Below, one piece after another: positions 16,203-25,937 of a stretch of DNA of 40,739 nt. The position numbers and the translations under genes were made by a program. Source of the DNA: Planctomycetota bacterium (GTDB lineage: Bacteria; Planctomycetota; B15-G4; SIAN01); NCBI GenBank assembly GCA_031409275.1, contig JANNXA010000019.1:1-40739 (forward strand), read 5' to 3'. Numbering within the stretch: the first letter of the stretch is position 1; the number at the start of each line of letters is the position of its first letter. Below the pieces are notes generated by a model. It saw only the letters and a list, made by a program, of their open reading frames with translations. It made no database searches and was not told the DNA's origin.

Positions 16203-18989
16203 GTGCCACCGCGTCGCTTCGCACCCAAGGCCACCGACTCGCCGCCGTCGCGCACCGCCCGCGGCCGCGCTGCGCTGCCACCGCTGCTGTTGTTGATCCT
16301 GGTGGCGCTGGTCGCCGTGACCAGCTCGCTGCTGGTTTCTGGCGTGCCACGCCTCGAGCCACCGCGCAAGCTGCCCGCCCTCGATCGTTCGCGCGATCCG
16401 ACCCTTCACGAGCCTCGAAGCCTGTCGGCGAGCAGCGCGATCGCAGCGCAACGCCAGCTCGAGGACGCGCTCGATCGGCCGGTCGATGGAAGCGCGCGCC
16501 TCGAACTCTCCTTCATCGATGGCGCGGAATCGCGCCCGCTCGCCGACCTGCTCTTCATGGTCTATCGCGAGCAAGGCGAGGCGCTCGTCCTCGCGCGCGG
16601 GGCCAGCGACGAGCGCGGAATGGCGACCCTCGTCGATCTGCCGGAGGGCGAGTTGGTCGTCGCGACGCAGCGGCGGCCGCCGCATGCCGCAGAACTCGGC
16701 GTCGTCACGCTGCGCGCCGGCTCGACGTCCCGGCTGACGCTCGCGCATGGCGGCGGCAGCCGCGCGCGCGGCCGCGTCGTCGACGACCTCGGTCGCCCGC
16801 TGGCCGGCCTCGACCTCTGCTTCGATCCACGCCCTGGACCGCTCGAACTCGCCGATCTGGCTGCCGTCCAGCCCCTCGCCGACGGGCTGGCGCCTCGCTT
16901 CGCGATCGACTCCGAGGCGCTGGCCCGCACCGACGCGCACGGCGAATACGTGGCGAACGAGGTCGCGCCGCGCCCGCAACTCTGGCGCGTGCCGGGCGGC
17001 GTGATCGGCGTCGAGCGGCTCGGGGCGTTGGTGCTTTCGGTGAGCGATGGCGACCAATACGACGAGCAGCCAGTGACCTTTGTCGAAGGGGCCGATGGCG
17101 AGGTCGCCGATCTGGTGCTGCCCCGCCCCGTCGCCTTCGGTGGATTCGTCGTCGACGCCGCACAGCAACCGGTGGCGGGCGCACTCGTCACCGCATCGGC
17201 CGAGCGCGCGCTGCAGACGACGCTGACGCGGCCGTTGGGTGCCGACGCGGTTCGCGACGAGAGCGGCGTCAACGTCGCCGCGGCGCTGCCGGGCGAAGCG
17301 GACTTCGAATGCCGTCGCAGCGAGATGCTGACGCTAGCGAGCGGTCGCTTCGAGCTCGCGCCGGTGGCGGCGAGTTGCGGCGAACTCTTCGTGATCCTGC
17401 CCGACGGCGCCGTCCACTCCTTCCTCGTCCCGGCCCTTCCGCCTGGAGAGAAGCGACGCGATCTGCGCCTGGAACTGCGGCGTCGCACGGAGCTCTTCCT
17501 CGAACTGCGCGAGCCGGATGGCACGCTGCTCGACGGCGACGACGAGGCGGGCGGCAGCGAACTTCCCATTCGCCTGCTGCGTCATGACGGCAGCGCGCTC
17601 GTGGCCGCGGCGCTGCCGCTCGCGACGCCCGGACGCTACGCGCTGTCGAGCGAACTCCCGCTCGAACAGTTGCGCGCGATCCAGGTGGAGCCGCGTGACG
17701 GCCGCCCTTCGTTGCAGCGATTCGCGCAGCCGCTCGAGGCGCGCGCCACCGTCGTCTTCACCATCGAGCGGCCGCAACGATTGCGACTGATGCTGACGCT
17801 GCCGGCCGGCTCGGTTGCGCCAAGGACGGCGACGCTGCGGGTGCACGCCTGCCTCGCGAGCGCCGCCCGTCGCGCCGAGAGCGGCGTCGATTGCTGCGGC
17901 TTCGGCGGCACGGCGCTGGCCTGGTTCAACGACGACGACGACGCTGCTGCGGCTGCCCCGCGCTGCGAAGTGGAGCTGCCCGTCGCGCGAGCGGCCCCCT
18001 TCTGGATCGACGTGATCGGCCCGTTCGCGGCGGGAGGCGGCGAAGCGTCCCTCGAGTTCGGGCCGTTCCTTCCTGGCGACGTGGCGCACGCCATCGATCT
18101 CCCTGCGCTCCACGACAAGAGCGAGGACGCCGGCGATCGAGAGCTGCAGCGGCTGTTACCAACGCGCCCACTCGAGGCGCAGATCGTCGATGAACGCGAC
18201 GGCACTCCGCTCGATGGCGCCGTGTTCGAGACGTGGATCGAGCCGACGATCGGCACACGACCGCACGCCTGCAATCTCGGTTGGAGCAGCGCCGCCGACG
18301 GCCGCCTCTTCGACTACGTCGCCCCGGAAGCGACCCATGGCCGCGTGCGCGCCCCGAGGTTCATCGACTCCGCTGCATTCGCGTTGCCCCATGGCAACGC
18401 TGCGGTCGACCTCGGGAGCATCGCGCTGCAGCCGCAGCCGATATGGCGCCTGCGCCTGCTCGACGCTGGCGGCAAAGCGCTGCGCAACGCTCCGCCGCTG
18501 CGCGTGACCGCGCTGCCGATCGACGCGCGCCACGAAGGCGGCGGCATGGTGGCGCTCTACGGAGAAGTGCCCGACCACTTCGTCCTCGAAATCGGCGCCG
18601 CGGCGAGCGCCGCCGAGTTCGGCACGGCTCTCGAACGGCGCGTCGAGCTGCCACTGACCCGGTGGCCGGCATCGACCGCCCCCACGGTGACCCTGCCGTC
18701 GCTGCGCGAGGTGATCGTCGAAGTCGCGCTCGCCGCGGTCGCCACTTCGCAACGCAGCGCGAATTTCGCCGTCACCGTCGCCCCGGACGGCGACGCGCGT
18801 GGCGTGGTGACCTGCCGTGGTGGTACCGAGCGCGACAGCGCCGATCCACTGCGACGTCGCTTCGCCTTCCTGCTGCCCCCCGGGCACTACGTCGCGAGCG
18901 GTCGCTCGCTGCTGCTCGACGTCGCCGAGCAGCCGTTCGAAGTGGTGGCGGACGGATCGATGGCCGCGATCGTGCTCACCGCCCGCTGA
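16203..18989 (+). CDS. Large membrane-anchored hypothetical protein with carboxypeptidase-regulatory-like beta-sandwich repeats
   Basis: 928-aa ORF with one N-terminal hydrophobic segment and repeated GRVVDDLGRPLAG / GFVVDAAQQPVAGA / IVDERDGTPLDGA motifs. Confidence 0.7.
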   Translation: MPPRRFAPKATDSPPSRTARGRAALPPLLLLILVALVAVTSSLLVSGVPRLEPPRKLPALDRSRDPTLHEPRSLSASSAIAAQRQLEDALDRPVDGSARLELSFIDGAESRPLADLLFMVYREQGEALVLARGASDERGMATLVDLPEGELVVATQRRPPHAAELGVVTLRAGSTSRLTLAHGGGSRARGRVVDDLGRPLAGLDLCFDPRPGPLELADLAAVQPLADGLAPRFAIDSEALARTDAHGEYVANEVAPRPQLWRVPGGVIGVERLGALVLSVSDGDQYDEQPVTFVEGADGEVADLVLPRPVAFGGFVVDAAQQPVAGALVTASAERALQTTLTRPLGADAVRDESGVNVAAALPGEADFECRRSEMLTLASGRFELAPVAASCGELFVILPDGAVHSFLVPALPPGEKRRDLRLELRRRTELFLELREPDGTLLDGDDEAGGSELPIRLLRHDGSALVAAALPLATPGRYALSSELPLEQLRAIQVEPRDGRPSLQRFAQPLEARATVVFTIERPQRLRLMLTLPAGSVAPRTATLRVHACLASAARRAESGVDCCGFGGTALAWFNDDDDAAAAAPRCEVELPVARAAPFWIDVIGPFAAGGGEASLEFGPFLPGDVAHAIDLPALHDKSEDAGDRELQRLLPTRPLEAQIVDERDGTPLDGAVFETWIEPTIGTRPHACNLGWSSAADGRLFDYVAPEATHGRVRAPRFIDSAAFALPHGNAAVDLGSIALQPQPIWRLRLLDAGGKALRNAPPLRVTALPIDARHEGGGMVALYGEVPDHFVLEIGAAASAAEFGTALERRVELPLTRWPASTAPTVTLPSLREVIVEVALAAVATSQRSANFAVTVAPDGDARGVVTCRGGTERDSADPLRRRFAFLLPPGHYVASGRSLLLDVAEQPFEVVADGSMAAIVLTAR

Positions 18990-19017
18990 CCGTCCGCGTG
19001 ACCGACGACGCGACCGG

Positions 19018-19179
19018 CTAGATCCAGTCGAGCCAGATGGCGAAGGTCAGGTAGAGCGCGGCCAGGAAGGCGCAGCCGCCGAGCCACGCGAGCAGGATCT
19101 TCAGGGTGCGCAGATCGGCGGCACGCTCCGCGGCCGAATCGGGCGGCGGCGCAGCCGGCGGCAACTCCGATGGGGCCAT
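19018..19179 (-). CDS. Small single-TM membrane protein (53 aa)
   Basis: Below the ORF-track cutoff. Manual translation: MAPSELPPAAPPPDSAAERAADLRTLKILLAWLGGCAFLAALYLTFAIWLDWI*. It starts 18 nt after the subunit IV stop on the same strand. Confidence 0.6.
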   Translation of the reverse strand: MAPSELPPAAPPPDSAAERAADLRTLKILLAWLGGCAFLAALYLTFAIWLDWI

Positions 19180-19197
19180 GCCGGCGGCGCGCGTCGA

Positions 19198-19614
19198 TCA
19201 GTGGTTCGAGTGGCCGGCAGCCGGCGCCTCGACGTTCGTCGGCGGCGACCAAGGCTGCAGCTCGCCGTTCTTGAAGCGCTCCGTGCCCTTCTCGGAGTCG
19301 GGGTAGGTCCCGATGGTGATCAACACTCCGAAGATCAGCGGCGCGGCCGCGATCACCCACATGATCTTGTTCTCGAACTTGAGGTGCATGAAGTAGAGCG
19401 CGACCATCACCGCCTTGTAGAGCGCCATCACGATGAAGGTGAGGATCTTGACGCCGTGCGGCAGCGGCAGGTAGGCGACGCCGACTTCGGCGATCGTGAC
19501 GACGAGCAGGATGAAGAAGACCGCGTAGTACGACAGGCCACCGTGATGGCCGGACGTAGCAGAAGCGCCGTGATGCGGATCGCTGGAAGGGGACGGGGCG
19601 TGCGCGTGGTCCAT
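19198..19614 (-). CDS. ctaF: Cytochrome c oxidase subunit IV family protein
   Basis: His-rich N-terminus, YYAVFFILLVVTIAEV, KAVMVALYFMHLKFE, three TM helices; directly downstream of subunit III. Confidence 0.88.
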   Translation of the reverse strand: MDHAHAPSPSSDPHHGASATSGHHGGLSYYAVFFILLVVTIAEVGVAYLPLPHGVKILTFIVMALYKAVMVALYFMHLKFENKIMWVIAAAPLIFGVLITIGTYPDSEKGTERFKNGELQPWSPPTNVEAPAAGHSNH

Positions 19615-19660
19615 CGGATCCTGAAACTCCCGCGTCTTGCGTGGCTTGCAGCCAGGCGGC

Positions 19661-20257
19661 TCAGAACAGGTAGATGAAGGTGAACACCAGGATCCAGACC
19701 AGATCGACGAAGTGCCAGTAGAGGCCGACGTTCTCGATGTAGTTGGCCTGATGCCTGGTGATCTGTCCGGACGAGACCTTCGCCAACGAATTGCCGAGCA
19801 GGATCACGCCGCCCAGTACGTGGCAGCCGTGGAAGCCGGTGACGCAGTAGAAGGTCGCGCCAAAGTTCCCGCTCGCCACCGTCATCCCGTGCTCGACGAG
19901 ATGGGTGTACTCGTAGCACTGGCCGGCCAGGAAGAAGACGCCGCCGAGGAAGGTGGCGAACAGCCAGCTCCAGCAAGCGCGGCGGTCGTCGCGCTGGATC
20001 GCCTCGTAGGACTTCACCATGGTGACCGAGCTGCAGATCAGCACGAACGTCATGAACGCCGTGAAGTTGATGCCCAGCACTTCCTGCGGGACGGGCCAGC
20101 GCTCGTCCCCCATCCGCAGCGCGGCGTAGACGCCGAGCAGAGCGGCGAATCCCATGGCGTCGGAGCCAAGGAACAGCCACATCATCAGCTTGTCCCACGC
20201 CACTCCGAGGACGCGGCGTTCGGACAACAGGTGTTCTGCGACCGCAGGCTGGCTCAC
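19661..20257 (-). CDS. ctaE: Heme-copper (cytochrome c) oxidase subunit III
   Basis: MWLFLGSDAMGF, TFVLICSSVTM, FLAGQCYEY, FYCVTGFHGCHVLGG, GLYWHFVDLVWILVF. GTG start after GGAGAG. Confidence 0.93.
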   Translation of the reverse strand: MSQPAVAEHLLSERRVLGVAWDKLMMWLFLGSDAMGFAALLGVYAALRMGDERWPVPQEVLGINFTAFMTFVLICSSVTMVKSYEAIQRDDRRACWSWLFATFLGGVFFLAGQCYEYTHLVEHGMTVASGNFGATFYCVTGFHGCHVLGGVILLGNSLAKVSSGQITRHQANYIENVGLYWHFVDLVWILVFTFIYLF

Positions 20258-20332
20258 GGCAGGAGCTCTCCGAGAGTCGGTACGGCCCCATCGAACCGGC
20301 GGCCGCCGAAGCTGAAAAGGAAGCGCGGCAGG

Positions 20333-22477
20333 CTAGCGGCCGCCCGCGGGAGGCGCAAAGGGCGCGCTCGCGGGCGCGAGTCCCACCCGCATCCACAGCG
20401 CCGCACCCGTGCACGGGTCGAGCGCTCGCAGCGGCAGCGCCGGTCCCGGCGACGCCCGCAGTTGCAGCGCCGCCTGCGCCACTTCGATCAACGCCTGCGC
20501 CCCGAACCAGCGATCGAGCGACGGCATGCCGCTCGGCGCCGTGACGCTCGAGCGCTTGCGGCGTCGCAGTTCGAGCCGGATCGGTCGCGGGGCGCCGCTC
20601 ATCGGAGGCTCGCCGCTGCGCGCCAGCACCAGCGCTGCGGCGATCGGGGTCGCACGGGCCGGTTCGACCCCGTTCGGTCCGAGACTGCCGGCGCGCCGCA
20701 GCGCCTGCTCGAGCTCTTCGCTGTGGGGCACGTAGGCGAAAACCACCACCCGACGCGCACGCCCCTCGGCCAGCAGCAGCGCCGCGTCCAGCAGCGCCTG
20801 CGCCGAGGCGAACGAGCCGCTCGCCGCGGTGGCCACCGGCCCGCGAAACCCGAAGGTGGCGGCCACCGCCGACGCGACCGCGTGCGCGCCGGCGAAGGCG
20901 AACAGTGACGGGCTCGCCGGACCGCTGGCTGGGTCGAAGAGAGCGCGTGCGAAACGGGCCGCCGCCGGCAGCGCTTCGAGGTCGACGCCCGCCAGGAGCG
21001 CGACGTCGGCGCTCGGCGGCAGGAGCTCCCCGCTGCGGCGCACTGCCTCCTTGATGGCCCGGAACGCGAGCTGCCCTTCTTCGGGCAGTTGGTTCAGGCT
21101 CTGCGCGGGGTGCAGCTGCTCGAACTCGGCGCGCGCGTCGGCCACGCCGTCGCCGAGCAACGCAATCGCAGCGCTCAGCACCACGACTTCGTCGCGCACG
21201 ATCCGCAAAGGACGCCCCGCCAGCGCCGGCCTCGCGCGCGACGGCACGAAGGCGGGGGCATCGGCCGTCCCCGAGCGCGCCGTGGCGGGCGCGACGCGGC
21301 GCAGCAGCAGAGCGGCGGCATGACCGCCGAGGCCGCCAGTCAGCACCGCGGTGTCGCCGGCGCGCAACGGCTCGGGATCCTTCGGCAGGCGCACCGGGAA
21401 GGTCGCGACCGGGTGGCGCAATCCCACCACCGGCGGCACGCGCAGCTGCTTCTGCGCCGCCACGGCGCGAATCAGCGAGAGGATCCCGGCCGCTGCGAGC
21501 GGGTGGCCGAGCGCCCCCTTCCACGAGGTCAGCGCGACGCGATCGGCCAACGCCCGATCGCCACCGAAGACGTAGGTCAGCGCGCGCAGCTCGGCGAAGT
21601 CGCTTTGCGGAGTGCCGACGCCATGGCCCACCACCAGCGCCAGCTGCGACGCGGTGAGCCCCGCCTCCTGCAGCGCCGCCTCGAGCGCACCGGAAAGGCC
21701 GCGAAACTCCGGATGAGTGGCGACGAGGTGGTGGGAATCGTGCGCGAGCGCGACCGACAGCAGCTCCGCTTGCGGCACGGCGCCTCGCTCTTCCGCGCAC
21801 TCCTCCGATTCCAGGACGACGAAGCCCGCCCCTTCCGCCAGCGCCATCCCCTTCGAGCCGCCATCCCACGGCGCGCACCGACCCGGGGTCAGCGCGCCAA
21901 GCGCGTGGTAGCCGGCGTAGCAGAACGGGGTCAATGCCTCGACGCCCCCGACGACCGCGAGACGCGCTTCGCCGCGCCCGATGCGCTCGGCCGCGAAGAA
22001 GAGCGCCTGCAATCCCGACGAGCAGCTCCCGCTGTAGGTCGCGACCTGCGCGCGCAGATGGAGCCGCGTCGCCAACGTCGTCGCGATTCCGTGGCAGCCC
22101 GCCTGCATCCACTGCCGCTCCGGCAGCGTCGAGTCGTGCGCCGCGCGCTGCAGAGCGAGCGCGGTGTCGATCGCGCCAAAGCTCGTCCCGATCACCAGGA
22201 GGTCGACGCGGCGCGCCGTCTCGCCAGGGCGGATTCCGGCCGAGCGGAGCGCCTCGACCGCAGCCGGCAAAGCCAGTCGCACGGAGCGATCGTCGTCCGG
22301 TTCACCGGCGAGCGCGTCGTCGGGAACGGCGCCCACATCGACCGACGGCATCCCGGGTGCGACACAGCGCGCCGACGGTGCGAGCGCAGTGCGCCAACCG
22401 TCGGTCGCGTGGACGAAGCGTGCCACCCCACCGCCTGCAGCGCTCACCGCCCCCATGCCGGTTACGACGATCTTCAT
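20333..22477 (-). CDS. Beta-ketoacyl synthase (FabF/type II KS-like) fused to a second, degenerate KS/chain-length-factor-like domain
   Basis: MKIVVTGMGAVS, SGSCSSG (catalytic Cys), GHGVGT and KGALGHPLAAAG (two His), GEG-like AEGAGFVVLE. The C-terminal SPSLFA..ASAVAATFGFRGPVAT segment has no Cys at the equivalent position. Confidence 0.85.
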   Translation of the reverse strand: MKIVVTGMGAVSAAGGGVARFVHATDGWRTALAPSARCVAPGMPSVDVGAVPDDALAGEPDDDRSVRLALPAAVEALRSAGIRPGETARRVDLLVIGTSFGAIDTALALQRAAHDSTLPERQWMQAGCHGIATTLATRLHLRAQVATYSGSCSSGLQALFFAAERIGRGEARLAVVGGVEALTPFCYAGYHALGALTPGRCAPWDGGSKGMALAEGAGFVVLESEECAEERGAVPQAELLSVALAHDSHHLVATHPEFRGLSGALEAALQEAGLTASQLALVVGHGVGTPQSDFAELRALTYVFGGDRALADRVALTSWKGALGHPLAAAGILSLIRAVAAQKQLRVPPVVGLRHPVATFPVRLPKDPEPLRAGDTAVLTGGLGGHAAALLLRRVAPATARSGTADAPAFVPSRARPALAGRPLRIVRDEVVVLSAAIALLGDGVADARAEFEQLHPAQSLNQLPEEGQLAFRAIKEAVRRSGELLPPSADVALLAGVDLEALPAAARFARALFDPASGPASPSLFAFAGAHAVASAVAATFGFRGPVATAASGSFASAQALLDAALLLAEGRARRVVVFAYVPHSEELEQALRRAGSLGPNGVEPARATPIAAALVLARSGEPPMSGAPRPIRLELRRRKRSSVTAPSGMPSLDRWFGAQALIEVAQAALQLRASPGPALPLRALDPCTGAALWMRVGLAPASAPFAPPAGGR

Positions 22478-22554
22478 GCGGGCAACGTATCGCGTTCCGC
22501 GGCGATGTCACGCGGGTGGTACCGTGCCGCGCTTCCAACGCGGGGAGAGTCGAG

Positions 22555-24510
22555 GTGAACCTTCCGATCGGGCGCGTGTTCGCGCGGTGGCTCGCGCTGG
22601 GGACGGCGCTGCTCTTGGCGCTCCTGCTGCCACGGGTCGCGACCGCGACCTCCGCGCGCGTCGCGCCGCTCGCGGCCTGCAAGGTGCTCTTCGCTGGCCC
22701 GCTCTCGGGGCCGCTCGAGCTGTCGGCGCAGGAATCGCTGCTCGGCGTGAAGGCGGCGCTGGCGCAGGCCGTGAGCGAGTCGGCCCTCGCGGCGCCGCAA
22801 CTGCTCGAGCACGACGACGGCGACGATCCCAAGCGGGCGGAGGCGGCCTTCGATCTGGCGAAGAAGCAGAAGGTCGACGTCGTCATCGCGGCCGCGACCG
22901 GCGCGACCGTCGACGCCTACGTCGCCGCGGCGCGCCAGCGGTCGCTGCCGCTGCTGCTGGTCGGCAGCGCCGGACCGTCGCGCTTCACCGCGTCCGCCGA
23001 CGAGCCGGTCAGCTGGCTCGGCACGTCCGCGGTGGAGCAGGCGATCGTCATCGGCAACTTCCTCGAAGTGCCGTGCAAGAGCCGCAAGCCCGGCTACGTG
23101 GTCGAGGCGACGAACCGTGGCCGGGAGCTGCACGCCGCCCTCGTGCGCAACCTCGGCCACCGCTTCGAGGCGGTCGCCCCCTGCTTCGTCGCGCCGCACG
23201 CGCCGCTGGCGGCCGACGCGCTCGCGACGTTGGTCGCGGCGGGAGCCGATCGACTCGTGGTCGTCGGTGAACCCGACCTCGTCGACGCCGTAGTCGCGGC
23301 GCAGAGCGCGGCCCACACACAGCTGCCGCTCTTCCTTGCCGACGGCCTCGTCTCCGGGGCCGCGACCTCGTTGTGGGGCGCCGGCGCCGAGAAGCGCCTC
23401 GAACGCGCCTTCCTTCTCGACGGTCGGCCGCGCCTCCACGCGCAGCCCGCATCCGCGCTGATCGCCGCGTGGCAGGAGCACCATCCCGAAAGCGCGCCGC
23501 CGTGGCGCTCGCAGCGCGCGTTCGACCACACGCGCCTCTTCCTGCAGGCTTTCGCCACCACCGCCGACGCGAAGAAGCGCAAGAACGCGGAGCTGATCGC
23601 CGCGCTGCGCGACGTGCGCTACGGCGACGAAGAGAACGGGCGCCCGCTGTTCGACGAGACGTTGCGCTCGGCGCGCCAGCAGTGGACGCCGTGGAAGATC
23701 GGGCCTTCCGGTCCGCTCGCCGACGATCCGCGCCTCTACTACGACCCCGACTTCGGTCCGCTGCTGCGCGTGCGGCCCGTCGACCTCTACCAGGCGCAGC
23801 TCGGCAGCAAGGTGGTCCACCTCTGGTTCGGTGACGCCTACAGCAAAGCGGTGCGCACCATCGAGAAGGACCTCGGCGAGCTCGGCCTGATCACGCGCGG
23901 CTACGACGGCGAGTTCGACCGCTGGATCCTCGACGAACTGCTCGCGCGCACGATGGGGAAGCTGAACAAGCTCTTCCTCAAGCACGAGGATGGCACCGTC
24001 ATCCCTGGAGTCTCGTTCAACATCTCCTTCACGAACGTGAAGCCGGAAGGGTTGAAGGAGAACGACTACTGGCGCGCCGTGATCGCCGGCGACGACGCCG
24101 AGGCCGGCGGACGCGCGTGGCCGGGCGAAGGGCGCTGCGAGATCTACTCGACGTTCATGATGCGGACGATCTTCAGCAAGGACGCGCTGACGCCGCCGCT
24201 CAAGGGTGAGGATCGCCGCTTCCTCGATGGCAAGTACGTGTGGGGATCGAGCAGCCAGGACAACCTGCGCGTGAAGACGCTGCGTTCCCTGATCGACGGC
24301 TACGCCGGCTCCTTCGCTCTCACCGGCGCGCACGAGCTCGGCCACCTCATCGGCTGCGGCCACGATGAAGCGGACCCGCGCTCGATCATGAACGTCGCGG
24401 AGGGCGCCGGCCTGCGCGAGACGTCGGCCTGCTGGATCCCCGACCACGTCGCGCTCCTCGAGCGAGTGCTCGGCCGCGTCGGTGCCAAGGAGCCGAAGAA
24501 GAATCGCTGA
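22555..24510 (+). CDS. Branched-chain-amino-acid-type periplasmic binding domain fused to a C-terminal zinc metallopeptidase (metzincin-like) domain
   Basis: GTG 22555 after GGGGAGAG; signal peptide; GPLSGP..GVKAA..DDGDDPKRA (type I PBP start); HELGHLIGCGH followed by SIMN. Confidence 0.75.
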   Translation: MNLPIGRVFARWLALGTALLLALLLPRVATATSARVAPLAACKVLFAGPLSGPLELSAQESLLGVKAALAQAVSESALAAPQLLEHDDGDDPKRAEAAFDLAKKQKVDVVIAAATGATVDAYVAAARQRSLPLLLVGSAGPSRFTASADEPVSWLGTSAVEQAIVIGNFLEVPCKSRKPGYVVEATNRGRELHAALVRNLGHRFEAVAPCFVAPHAPLAADALATLVAAGADRLVVVGEPDLVDAVVAAQSAAHTQLPLFLADGLVSGAATSLWGAGAEKRLERAFLLDGRPRLHAQPASALIAAWQEHHPESAPPWRSQRAFDHTRLFLQAFATTADAKKRKNAELIAALRDVRYGDEENGRPLFDETLRSARQQWTPWKIGPSGPLADDPRLYYDPDFGPLLRVRPVDLYQAQLGSKVVHLWFGDAYSKAVRTIEKDLGELGLITRGYDGEFDRWILDELLARTMGKLNKLFLKHEDGTVIPGVSFNISFTNVKPEGLKENDYWRAVIAGDDAEAGGRAWPGEGRCEIYSTFMMRTIFSKDALTPPLKGEDRRFLDGKYVWGSSSQDNLRVKTLRSLIDGYAGSFALTGAHELGHLIGCGHDEADPRSIMNVAEGAGLRETSACWIPDHVALLERVLGRVGAKEPKKNR

Positions 24511-24525
24511 GGCGCGCGACGCGGC

Positions 24526-25854
24526 CTACGACTTCGGCACCAGCAGCAGCGCACTGGCCCGTTCCGGTGCAAGAAACACGTCGCGCAGCTCCTTCAGCGC
24601 CGCGCCGGTCAATGCCTCCGCCGCGCGCCCCATCTCCGGCAGCGTGAGCCGCAGCGACCGCTCCCTCGTCGCCAGTCCGAGCAGCAGCTGCGCCTCGACC
24701 AGCCGCTGCTGCGGGCGCCCGGCCCACTGCCCGCGCAGCTTGCGGAAATCAGGCAGGCCGCCGCCGAACTCCGCGCGCACCGCCACCAGGTAGCGATCGA
24801 GCGAGCCGCTCGGCGGGGCGCGCGTCAGCCGTTCCCGCGCGCGGGCGAACGCCTCACGCGCCAGCGACGCCGACGCCGCGTCGGGCAGCGACGCGGTGAA
24901 CTGCACGACGCGCCCTTCGTCGACCACCACATCGGCGCTCACCATCGCGACCACCTTCGCCTTCTGCAGCACCGGGTCGGACAACAGCGTCTGCGTCAGC
25001 GTCTGCACCAGCAAGATGGCCGCCACGCGATCGCCCGGCTTCGCATCGGGCACCGAGTACCACTCGATCACGTGGTGGCGCGCAACGTCCCACATCACCT
25101 GCCGATCGCCGCGCAGCAGCGGCGGCGCGACCGGAGCTGGCGTCGGCTTGGTGTCGGGATTCGCGCCGAGCGCGTTGGCCAGCGCATCGAGGCCGCCTCC
25201 GCTCGCGAGCGGCCCGTCGAAGAGGCGCGCCACTTCGTCGAGCGGCAGCGGACCCGCGGCGTAGAGCGCGACGTTGGCGCCGAGCTTCAACTTGCGCTCG
25301 GCATAGTCGGCCACGGCCTCCGTCGTCGCTTGATCGACCGCCCCCTGCACGGCGATGTCGGTCGCGCCGTGGCGAATCGCCTGCGCCCACGCCGCCGTCG
25401 CCCACTTGTGCGTGTAACCGGCCGGCGTCGTCGTGGCGAGCTCGCCGGCGATCTTCTTCTTCTCGCGCTCGAGGATCGCGGCGTCGAAGTGGTCGGCGCC
25501 AAGCCACGCGATCAGCTTCGCCGCCGCCATCGGCGCCAGGGCCGGCGGCGCATGCACGTCGAGTCGCAGCGTGGCATCGCCCGTCTCGCCGTTGAACTCG
25601 ATTTCGCCGTCGGTCATCGCCTCGGCGTCCGTCGTGCGAATCACCATGTGCTCGAGCAGATGCGCCCATTGAGTGCAGCCCGCATCGTCCGCCCCCATCC
25701 CGATGGGCAGCAGGGCGAAGAAGGTCTCGATCGATGCATCGGGCACGGTCAGCACGGCGAGGCGCACCCCGCATTGCAGCGTCTTGCGTTCGAGCGGATC
25801 CCCCATCGGCGGAGCGGCGAAGAGGAGCGTGGAGAGCAGGCAGAGCGAAGGCAT
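24526..25854 (-). CDS. Insulinase (peptidase M16) family protein
   Basis: Signal peptide, TLQCGVRL, inverted zincin motif AHLLEHM, FNGET, LEREKKKIAGE. Confidence 0.8.
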   Translation of the reverse strand: MPSLCLLSTLLFAAPPMGDPLERKTLQCGVRLAVLTVPDASIETFFALLPIGMGADDAGCTQWAHLLEHMVIRTTDAEAMTDGEIEFNGETGDATLRLDVHAPPALAPMAAAKLIAWLGADHFDAAILEREKKKIAGELATTTPAGYTHKWATAAWAQAIRHGATDIAVQGAVDQATTEAVADYAERKLKLGANVALYAAGPLPLDEVARLFDGPLASGGGLDALANALGANPDTKPTPAPVAPPLLRGDRQVMWDVARHHVIEWYSVPDAKPGDRVAAILLVQTLTQTLLSDPVLQKAKVVAMVSADVVVDEGRVVQFTASLPDAASASLAREAFARARERLTRAPPSGSLDRYLVAVRAEFGGGLPDFRKLRGQWAGRPQQRLVEAQLLLGLATRERSLRLTLPEMGRAAEALTGAALKELRDVFLAPERASALLLVPKS

Positions 25855-25937
25855 CGATCACTCCAAGGAAGGACCCGATTCAGGACCACGCACCGCGAGT
25901 CGCGCCCCGATGTTGCAAGCCGCGCGCCGGCGGCCCG

